IMG/VR virus record: IMGVR_UViG_3300014208_001436
Coordinates: 1 to 42,717 of that record
Strand: one strand, 5' to 3'
Length of the DNA: 42,717 nucleotides
From: a virus
Lineage: Duplodnaviria; Caudoviricetes
In this document: positions 19,541 through 26,935 of the stretch, piece by piece
How positions within the stretch are numbered: the first letter of the stretch is position 1
Layout of the letters: each line of letters begins with the position of its first letter
Notes under the pieces: model-generated
Told to the model about the DNA's origin: nothing
Database searches by the model: none
What the model saw: only the letters and a program-made list of their open reading frames with translations
Made by a program: the position numbers and the translations under genes

Positions 19541-20130
19541 AAAGTCGTCACCCTGAACCGCTTGCCGAGCGCGGCCCATGCTCTGTCCAGTTCGTCATTT
19601 AGCTTCTTGAAAGTTCGTGTCTGCGAAAAATCGCCTATATTCTCACTGTCCACCAGCGGCTCGAATCTGGCCGACAGTGCGGTCTTTGCGACTATAAGTG
19701 TGGCGATCTTCTGGACTAGGGCCGGAACTTTCGAATAGCCGTGAATGCCGCTAACGATTACGTTGGCTATGCCGTACGGCGTTACGCAATTTTTAAGCCG
19801 TATAATCCCGGTGCTTTTTTTGAGAACGTATTCCTCAGGCTGGATGACAGTGCCATCCAAGAGCAGCGAGTCAATCTCCAGTATCGGAAAGCAGTCCAGA
19901 AAGATAGCATCGCATCCGTCGCCGTCCAGCACATTCGTGAATTGCTTGGTGCGGAAGCACATGCCCGATCGCCGGTCAATCTCTTCGGTAGCGGCCTCTA
20001 TCCATTCGGGGAGAATCCTTCCCTGCGGCACGTCTCCGCCGGTCATGGCCGACACAAGTGCGGGCGTAGTATATTCGCTCGGCGCAATGTCTATAACCGC
20101 CTGCGACAGCAAAGAGGTCAGAACTGCCAT
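19537..20130 (-). CDS. Head-tail adaptor/connector protein
   Basis: YTT...IEAATEEIDRRSG...HGYSKVPALVQ...SENIGDFSQT pattern. Confidence 0.75.
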   Translation of the reverse strand: MAVLTSLLSQAVIDIAPSEYTTPALVSAMTGGDVPQGRILPEWIEAATEEIDRRSGMCFRTKQFTNVLDGDGCDAIFLDCFPILEIDSLLLDGTVIQPEEYVLKKSTGIIRLKNCVTPYGIANVIVSGIHGYSKVPALVQKIATLIVAKTALSARFEPLVDSENIGDFSQTRTFKKLNDELDRAWAALGKRFRVTTL

Positions 20131-20131
20131 G

Positions 20132-20455
20132 TTACGCGCCCTCCTTGAGCCGCTTATCGTATGCGGTCAGTTTCTCGGTCAATTTCAGTCCGAGTTCCTC
20201 GATAGCCTCCTTGTTTGCTTTCCGGATGGATTCTCGGCAGGGCAGTGACAACTCGCAGATGCCTGCGAAGTATTCAAAGAACGCTAACGCCTCATTAAGC
20301 CGGGCGTAATTATTCCTGAGGTTCTTAACGAACCGGGCGCGCTTGGCTTCTGCTGGAGTCAAGGGGCGTAGATCCTTATCGACAAATACGACCGCCTTGG
20401 GCACTTGCCCGTCATCGTTGACGAATATAACCTTGGGCCCATTGTCTTTTGTCAT
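20132..20455 (-). CDS. Hypothetical protein, 107 aa
   Basis: GGAGG SD; packed in operon. Confidence 0.65.
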   Translation of the reverse strand: MTKDNGPKVIFVNDDGQVPKAVVFVDKDLRPLTPAEAKRARFVKNLRNNYARLNEALAFFEYFAGICELSLPCRESIRKANKEAIEELGLKLTEKLTAYDKRLKEGA

Positions 20456-20461
20456 GAGTGT

Positions 20462-21793
20462 CTATCTGCCTCCGGTTCCGTCGCCGGTGCCAGCCGTCTT
20501 GGACGCGCCGGTGTCGAGTGTGGGGATATTGGCCGTGCCGTCGGTCCAGTAAGTCGTGGTGTCCTCGGTTTCGACCTTGTAGCTGTAAGTCTGTCCGTCC
20601 TGCGGATAGGGCACGTCTCCGGAAGGCCTGCGGTTGGACGCGTTGCTCGCGCTATCGTCGAAACTGACCCGGCCTGTGCCTTTCCCTATCAGCGTGGAGT
20701 TCACCTTGAGCGCCTGCGCGGGGTCGAACGTGGAGCCCGGCGCGCGGAAGATGTTGTAGCCGTTCGCGTTGGGGTCTGCGGCCGCATCCCAGGAAACCAC
20801 CACCTTGTTGGACGAGACCTCCGTCGCCAGGTTCTGCGGCACCGTGGGGATAAGCTCGACAAACGTGAGATGCGTGTTCTGGGTCATCACCTCGCTGGTC
20901 AGGTTGGACGCGTTGCCCTGATCGTCCACGCTGAACAGGTAATAGGTGAAATCCTTGCCGTTGTCGGGGTCCAGCGGCGTCTGGTCCTGGAACGAGGTCG
21001 CCGTTGACGGAATGGCCGAGCTGACAGCCGATACTCCGGACGCGGCCAGCACATTTGCCTTTGTCGGGATGGAGACCGGCGCATTGCCGGGCACCCGGTA
21101 AAGTTCGTAATGGTCGAGGTCCTGCAGCGTCGCCTGGTAACGGATGACTAGCCGGTTGCCCGCCGTGAAGCCGCCAGCCAGCTCGGTCAGAACGCCGGTG
21201 GATAGCTCAAGGCTGTAATGCGTGGAGAGAGTCTTGGCCGAAAGAGTAACCTGCTTAACGGCCGCGCCCGAGGCGTGTGGATAGAACAGCCCGTCGACCA
21301 GCGTTACATCGCCGGTTAGCGTGTTTACCGCCTTAACCTCTACATATTCCTCTTTATTCGTCACGCCGTCGTCTATGACTATCTTGGCTCCGGCTATGAT
21401 GTCGGCCGGAACAGGCGTGCCGATATTTATCACGCGCTGGCCGTGTACCACTGAAGCAGAAAGTGTTTTGGCGCTTGCCGATACCGCCGTTCGCTCGAAC
21501 ACGCTAAACGAGCCGGCCACTATCGGGTCGAACTGCATTTCGTGCAGCGCGTCAGCCACGCCATCGGCCAGATCGGGCGAGCCGTCCGGGTTTTTGATGA
21601 GTTCGCCTGCGATAAACTCGTTTTTGGTGGGCGCGGTCCAGTTGAGTGTTATGCGCGTCTTACCCCTGGGCGTGAAGCCGTCTATGAGCTGGCTGGCCTG
21701 AATAAGCCCCAGCACGGGCGGCTCGGCCGACAAGATGTCGGCTGCCAGATTGCCCAGTACCTGCTGCGATAACTGCGATTCTATTATTGCCAT
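20462..21793 (-). CDS. Fibronectin type III-domain virion protein
   Basis: ITLNWTAP, VPQNL...VVVSWDA...GYNIFR...YSYKV FN3 signatures; GAGGAG SD. Confidence 0.7.
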   Translation of the reverse strand: MAIIESQLSQQVLGNLAADILSAEPPVLGLIQASQLIDGFTPRGKTRITLNWTAPTKNEFIAGELIKNPDGSPDLADGVADALHEMQFDPIVAGSFSVFERTAVSASAKTLSASVVHGQRVINIGTPVPADIIAGAKIVIDDGVTNKEEYVEVKAVNTLTGDVTLVDGLFYPHASGAAVKQVTLSAKTLSTHYSLELSTGVLTELAGGFTAGNRLVIRYQATLQDLDHYELYRVPGNAPVSIPTKANVLAASGVSAVSSAIPSTATSFQDQTPLDPDNGKDFTYYLFSVDDQGNASNLTSEVMTQNTHLTFVELIPTVPQNLATEVSSNKVVVSWDAAADPNANGYNIFRAPGSTFDPAQALKVNSTLIGKGTGRVSFDDSASNASNRRPSGDVPYPQDGQTYSYKVETEDTTTYWTDGTANIPTLDTGASKTAGTGDGTGGR

Positions 21794-21808
21794 AATTTGT
21801 GTCTCCTC

Positions 21809-23551
21809 TTATGCGTTTCCTGATTGCGTTCCGCCCGAATACCCGCTGAAACCTACATTACCGGCTATGGTCACAGCCGTCGTCGACGCCCCGGCGTCTA
21901 TATTGCCCAGTGCCGCCGCTATGTATCCCGTATTGCCTATTACCGATACCCGGCCTGAACTTGTTGCCGAGCAAGCTATGGCAGTTGCGGAGCCTACGCC
22001 GCTGCGCTGCATATAGTTCCCTACGATAGCGACCTGGCAGTCGGTGCCGCTGACGCTGATGATCGCGCCGCCGCAAACCGTTATCTCGAACCGGTTATGG
22101 CTTATCATCATCGGCATGTTATCCATGCCGCCCCTGCGGATTATGTAGGTCCCGCTTACCGAGCAGATAAATGTGCAGTTGAATATGGCGCTTGAGCCCA
22201 GACTGATGCCTGTGGAAAAGCCCGCTCCGTTGAAGATGAAGTCGCAATTATGTGCCGTCGTTTTGGTCCCTTCCAGCCGGATAAGAACTCCGGTCCCGGA
22301 GTTGTTAACCAGTTTGAAAGAATCCAGGGCGCAATATGTGCCGCTCAACCGGAGTTCTTCGCCAGATGGATTGGCTGGCCGGGTGGGATAGTTGGAATCC
22401 AGCGTGAAATCCTTCAGCGTCACCCTGTTGGAGTTCGCCCCACCGACATATCCGCTGATGCAATACGATGCGCCAAGCGCTATTGTCGCGCGGATTATGG
22501 TGATATCTTTGCCTTGGCCCTGGAGCGTTATGTTGTCCTCGATGGCGAGAGTGGCATTGATTTGATAAACCCCTTCCCGTAGGAGTACCCGTCCTCCGGC
22601 CGCTGCCACGGCGTTAAGGGCATTTTGAATATTGGCGGTGTCGGTTGTAGCCGACCCGCTTGGCGCAGCCACTACGACTGTGGCATAACCTCCGCCTGCT
22701 GCCGGTGGCGTGGCGGGTTCCCATTGTATGTTCGCGGCACTGTATTTGAGAATCTGGCCGTCTGTAGGCGGTAACGCCGAAACCGGAGTGTTGTGCAACT
22801 TTTCAACTGTGGGGCCCGGATAGCTGCCGCTTAAATCTCCGCTTGCGGTACCCGTGGGCGTTCTGGCATCGCTGTTGCGGGGATCATTATCGCCCACCGC
22901 TATCGGGCTATTCGCAACGGCAGGAGCGACCGAGAGCTTGGTGATGCCTTTTACGGTCTCGGACGCGTCGGGAGGTCCGGCGGCGCCTGCCGCATTTATC
23001 GTAACGTTGCCGGTGCCGTCTGTGGGCGTAATCGTGATGTTATTGCCCGCGATTACTTTTGAAACCGAGGTGTGCGCCGTGTTCTCTATCGGCACCGATA
23101 TTCCGGGATCGACTGCGCTATTCCCGTCGTCGGTATATGTGACAGTGGCCTCGCCTGAAACGGAGGCCAGGTATTTCTGCTGGCCGGATGCTGTCGATTT
23201 ATAAATCTTGTAGCCGGATGCGCCTTTGACTGGCTCCCACTGCAGGATAACGGGAAGCGGTGTGGCGGGTTGCGTTATCTGCGCTTCAACCAATGCCGGG
23301 ATTTTGCCTTCCGTGGTTTCACCCGCCGCGTTCATCGCGGTTACCTTGTAGAAATAGGCCGTGCCGCCCGACAGGTTGGCTCCTGCGCCACCGCTGCCCA
23401 GCGTGGCCAGGATGGTCCGTGGCGGCCTAAGACATGCCTGCTGTATATGCGCGTCCAACGCCTCAAGGTTGGCGTTCGCGCCCTGGCCCCAGTTAAGGTC
23501 GCCGGTGTCGCGCTTTGAAAGTTTCAGCTTGTCTGTAAATGTTTCTGCCAT
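21809..23551 (-). CDS. Fibre/spike protein with FN3-like domain and C-terminal right-handed beta-helix (pectin lyase-like)
   Basis: DTANIQNALNA...GGRVLLREGVY...ITLQGQG beta-helix start; LQWEPVKGASGYKIYK; DASETVKGITKLS fibre repeat. Confidence 0.75.
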   Translation of the reverse strand: MAETFTDKLKLSKRDTGDLNWGQGANANLEALDAHIQQACLRPPRTILATLGSGGAGANLSGGTAYFYKVTAMNAAGETTEGKIPALVEAQITQPATPLPVILQWEPVKGASGYKIYKSTASGQQKYLASVSGEATVTYTDDGNSAVDPGISVPIENTAHTSVSKVIAGNNITITPTDGTGNVTINAAGAAGPPDASETVKGITKLSVAPAVANSPIAVGDNDPRNSDARTPTGTASGDLSGSYPGPTVEKLHNTPVSALPPTDGQILKYSAANIQWEPATPPAAGGGYATVVVAAPSGSATTDTANIQNALNAVAAAGGRVLLREGVYQINATLAIEDNITLQGQGKDITIIRATIALGASYCISGYVGGANSNRVTLKDFTLDSNYPTRPANPSGEELRLSGTYCALDSFKLVNNSGTGVLIRLEGTKTTAHNCDFIFNGAGFSTGISLGSSAIFNCTFICSVSGTYIIRRGGMDNMPMMISHNRFEITVCGGAIISVSGTDCQVAIVGNYMQRSGVGSATAIACSATSSGRVSVIGNTGYIAAALGNIDAGASTTAVTIAGNVGFSGYSGGTQSGNA

Positions 23552-23560
23552 AACAGTTCC

Positions 23561-23992
23561 TCAAAATCCGTATGCCTCTATGCCGAAAGGGGCTTCGCCG
23601 AATCCTCTGACTGGCGCTCCCCAAGGCCGGGAGTTATACGGCATCAAATCGAACCCGCCTGCATCCGGCTGGCCATAGGGGCCGATGCCATATGTGCCGT
23701 TGCCCCAGCCGGTGTCCTCTACCGCTACCAGAGTGTAAAACCTATCAGGACCAGCATCAGCTTCATCATCGTCATACTGATATACCCCGGGGCCTAGGAC
23801 CGACTCGTCCGCTATGCGCCTGCCAAGCTCGCCAGCCACGGCTGATTTATAGAGCCGGAAGCCGCGTAATCGCCGGTTGGAGATAAACTCCGGCGGGTAA
23901 TCCGACCATGTCAGCCGGATATGCGTCGGCTCGACCTGCGCCACCCTGAAATTGGGCGGCGGGGGCAGGGGGAATGGATGCGCCACTGGCAC
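23561..23992 (-). CDS. FN3-like protein with Gly-aromatic C-terminal repeats
   Basis: PPPNFRV...IRLTWS...GFRLYK; tail GWGNGTYGIGPYG...PWG...GFGEAPFGIEAYGF. Confidence 0.65.
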   Translation of the reverse strand: MPVAHPFPLPPPPNFRVAQVEPTHIRLTWSDYPPEFISNRRLRGFRLYKSAVAGELGRRIADESVLGPGVYQYDDDEADAGPDRFYTLVAVEDTGWGNGTYGIGPYGQPDAGGFDLMPYNSRPWGAPVRGFGEAPFGIEAYGF

Positions 23993-24205
23993 TCACCTCC
24001 TTTTCCTGCCTTTTCCGTTCGGCTGTGCGGGTTTCTCCGTGGTAAGCTCTACATAGCCGGTTTTAAGCAGACGGTCCCTTGTTTCCGGCAGTTTTACCGT
24101 GCACAGGCCGTCCACAACCTCTACCGTGCCTTCGGCATAGGAGGCTTCGATAACCGGCGCTTCCTTGGTCCCGAACGGGGGATGCAGCTTTTTAAGTCTG
24201 AACAT
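23993..24205 (-). CDS. Small protein following the major capsid gene
   Basis: GGGAGG SD; basic tail. Confidence 0.65.
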   Translation of the reverse strand: MFRLKKLHPPFGTKEAPVIEASYAEGTVEVVDGLCTVKLPETRDRLLKTGYVELTTEKPAQPNGKGRKRR

Positions 24206-24214
24206 CCAGCCTCC

Positions 24215-25117
24215 CTACAGTGTCACACCGGCCAGCCGGGACGCTTTTATGTCATTGGCCAGAACCAGCGTGATATCCTCGAAGATGTCGAACTCGCTGC
24301 CCTGCGAGGACTTCTGCGCCAGCCGGAGCATTTTCAGCGGCGTTAGCTCGCCTATCCAGACGGAGGAGGTGTCCAGCACGAAGATGTCGGTGCAGTTGTT
24401 GGCAGTGCCCTGCGCTTGCGCGTCCGATATCCAGATGGATCGGAAGATGGGGATGCCGTTGTAGCTCTGTACCCGGAATCCGCCTTTGACCTCCATCGTG
24501 TCCGTGAACCGCTGCTGGGCCTGCAGGAGCCCGTTTAGCTTCCGGTTGGCCTTCTTCGACATGATGAGCATGTTGGGATTGCCACGGTTGAGGTCTATGG
24601 CCGCGTCCAGCAGTTCGAGAGTCAACGGTGCGCCGTTTGCCCCGGCAATCGCCACCTGGCCGCTTGGAACAAGTTTCCGGATGCCGTTGAACTGCTTATT
24701 GTTGACCGAAGCGTCGCCATTGATGAGGGCGTTTTCTTCGGTGTCCCGCACATTCTGGAGGCCGTTCTCGACTTCCTCGGCCTCCACGTCCAGCATGCTT
24801 TTGCCTACTGCCTGGAGCTTGCGGGTAATCTTGCGGCGGTCCAGAATACTCGCATAGGGGAACGTCTTCTGCGCGACGCTGCCCTGCGTTTCCGTGGGTT
24901 CCTCGCTGTCGTTCACGAAACTGGCTCCCGCGCCTCTTGAGGTGCGCTGGTTCAGTATCCACGCGGAGCCGGAGCCCGGCTTGCGGGGTAGGTTCACGCG
25001 CAGCGGGTTGTTGACCTCGATGAGTTCCTGCAGCACCTTGTCCACCATGGGCTGCTGGAGCGCACCGCCCGCGTTCGCCATGTCTAACGCCTTTTTGAGC
25101 TGTTCCAAATCATTCAT
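24215..25117 (-). CDS. Major capsid protein (HK97 fold)
   Basis: After protease; EENALINGD...QFNGIRKL, YNGIPIF; GGAGGA SD. Confidence 0.88.
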   Translation of the reverse strand: MNDLEQLKKALDMANAGGALQQPMVDKVLQELIEVNNPLRVNLPRKPGSGSAWILNQRTSRGAGASFVNDSEEPTETQGSVAQKTFPYASILDRRKITRKLQAVGKSMLDVEAEEVENGLQNVRDTEENALINGDASVNNKQFNGIRKLVPSGQVAIAGANGAPLTLELLDAAIDLNRGNPNMLIMSKKANRKLNGLLQAQQRFTDTMEVKGGFRVQSYNGIPIFRSIWISDAQAQGTANNCTDIFVLDTSSVWIGELTPLKMLRLAQKSSQGSEFDIFEDITLVLANDIKASRLAGVTL

Positions 25118-25129
25118 TCTGTGTTCCTC

Positions 25130-26131
25130 CTATTTGTTGTCCCGAACCGCCAGTACCGCCCGGAGCTTTTTCTCGGGTGGCAGGCTGTCGAACTGCTTCC
25201 TGATTTCATCGGCCTCGTTATCCGGCTGGACAAGGCCTTTGCGCAGGGTGGGAACCGCTTTTAGCGCGGACTCCAGCTGCTTGGCGACCTCGCCCGCGAT
25301 AAGTTTGGCCAGGTCTGCCGGTTCTGCGGCGGGCGGCTTGAGCAGCGTTTTGAGCTGCTGCGCGATAACGCCGGACTGGCCGCCGATGCTTATCAGCTTA
25401 TCCAGCAGTCCGCCGACATCCGATTTCTGGATCTCAGCCGGTTTCTGCGCCTGCACCTGCGCGACCGCATCGGCGGGTTTGGGTTTCTCTTCAGGGGCCG
25501 GTGCGGCAGCCTGGGGCGCAGCAGGCGGCTCGGCGGCCGGTGGCGTCGCGGGATTTGCGTCCTGCGCCGGTAATTCCTCTATGGTCACTTCATCTGGCAT
25601 TGTTTTGCCTCCTTGTTCTTCTGTTTCGTCAAGGGCTTTCGCTATATACCACCCGATAGCCTTTGCCTCCGGGTTTGCCGGGACCGATACGAGCGACACT
25701 TCAACCAGGCTCATGCGCTGGATTATGTTGACCATGCGGTCGTGTTCCGGGGAGAACTGTCTTTCCCGTTCCAGCACCTGTCCGCGAATCGAAAACTTGT
25801 TGAGGACGCCTTCCTTGATTTTCTGGATGATGTCCTGCTCGGTCTTTGAAATAAGCGCGTCTATCAAGAGGCCATGCTGGTCGAATTCGACCTTGGTGAC
25901 TTTGCCGATGGGCAGCTTCATGTCGTGGTTGAGCAGTACGGTGGAGTTTTTCAGCAGGTCCAGCGATGAGGCTTTCAAGGCCTCCTCGGTTATGATGTCG
26001 CCCTGCAAGTCGAAATCGCTCGTGGCGGCATAGCCCACAACGTGGAACTCGCCAGCCTCCTCGGCATATTTCAATACCTGTACCGGGAAATTGAACCCGA
26101 CTTTTTCCCGCAGTGTGTTCTCGTTTTTCAT
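25130..26131 (-). CDS. HK97-family prohead protease with C-terminal scaffold region
   Basis: VGYAAT..DLQGDII, LLNHD, FSIRG, EVSLVSVPANP; Pro/Ala-rich linker and helical tail. Confidence 0.9.
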   Translation of the reverse strand: MKNENTLREKVGFNFPVQVLKYAEEAGEFHVVGYAATSDFDLQGDIITEEALKASSLDLLKNSTVLLNHDMKLPIGKVTKVEFDQHGLLIDALISKTEQDIIQKIKEGVLNKFSIRGQVLERERQFSPEHDRMVNIIQRMSLVEVSLVSVPANPEAKAIGWYIAKALDETEEQGGKTMPDEVTIEELPAQDANPATPPAAEPPAAPQAAAPAPEEKPKPADAVAQVQAQKPAEIQKSDVGGLLDKLISIGGQSGVIAQQLKTLLKPPAAEPADLAKLIAGEVAKQLESALKAVPTLRKGLVQPDNEADEIRKQFDSLPPEKKLRAVLAVRDNK

Positions 26132-26139
26132 GGTTACCC

Positions 26140-26187
26140 AAAACAAAAAAGCGCTGCCGGTCCCAATGCTACTAGGACCAACAGCGC
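26140..26187 (-). terminator. Intrinsic terminator-like hairpin directly upstream of the protease start
   Basis: GCGCTGTTGGTCCTAGT-AGC-ATTGGGACCGGCAGCGC (17 pairs including G-U) followed by TTTTTTGTTTT. Confidence 0.7.
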
Positions 26188-26212
26188 TTCGACTCAGTTC
26201 GACAGCGCTAAA

Positions 26213-26389
26213 TTATTCCTTCAAACCGCGCATGTCCTTTACAAGGACAGTTTCATGTTTCTTCACACGCACGAGCTGGCCATCTTGATAGTGGACCTCG
26301 AGTGTGCCGTAGAAACGCTCTCGGCGGAGCCTCGATAAAAGCTGTTCGAATCGGGACTCAAGAGTTTCCGGTGCCTGCGTTTCTGCCAT
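26213..26389 (-). CDS. Small YezD/DUF2292-like protein
   Basis: FYGTLEVHYQDGQLVRVKKHETV resembles the family pattern (recognised from memory). Confidence 0.6.
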   Translation of the reverse strand: MAETQAPETLESRFEQLLSRLRRERFYGTLEVHYQDGQLVRVKKHETVLVKDMRGLKE

Positions 26390-26395
26390 GATCAA

Positions 26396-26445
26396 ATTCT
26401 AATGCATCGGCTGCGAATTGTCCATAAAACTGTTTAAACAGTTTG
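26396..26445 (-). promoter_or_regulatory. Late promoter candidate with upstream palindromic operator (copy 1)
   Basis: AAACTGTTTAAACAGTTT palindrome 26427-26444, then TGGACA-17 nt-TAGAAT, 6 nt before ATG 26389. Confidence 0.65.
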
Positions 26446-26518
26446 CGCTTATAGCTGGGATATTCGGCATTCCTATGGTAATTGCAATTAATGTTAAAAT
26501 GGAAGCTGGCATAAATTT

Positions 26519-26935
26519 ATGACTCACAGTAATCAACGCGTACTTCTAAGTATCTTGCTCTGCATTGCGGCAATTATTGGGCTGTGTTATGTGTTTCAAA
26601 ACCAGACAACAATTATATATGCAAAGGCTTACGACAGCTACTTAGATTTATGGCGACTCATATGGATAATTCCATTTATGCTTCTCGGCTTGGCCATTCG
26701 GGCTTTTCTACGTCGTAGAGAGCCTGGACCTCCATGGGTGGCATATATGAAATACTTGTTTTATCTTTCCATCGCGTCTGCCATCTTGTTCGTTATGTGC
26801 CATTCATTTTTGAATCTTGGTAATTGGCTCTACTATCCTGTTATAGCTTTAGGAGCAGTAATATTTGCTTTACCTTCCGGGTTGCCCTCCAAAATGGGCG
26901 CTTTCTTTCATAAATTCTATGGGCTCGACAGTTAG
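26519..26935 (+). CDS. Integral membrane protein (moron-like)
   Basis: About four hydrophobic segments; AT-rich; opposite strand to the head operon; TGTTAAAAT extended -10 at 26492-26500. Confidence 0.65.
   Translation: MTHSNQRVLLSILLCIAAIIGLCYVFQNQTTIIYAKAYDSYLDLWRLIWIIPFMLLGLAIRAFLRRREPGPPWVAYMKYLFYLSIASAILFVMCHSFLNLGNWLYYPVIALGAVIFALPSGLPSKMGAFFHKFYGLDS

Noticed and set aside
9795-23551. Diversity-generating retroelement targeting tail or fibre genes
   Set aside because: No reverse transcriptase and no template/variable repeat pair noticed.
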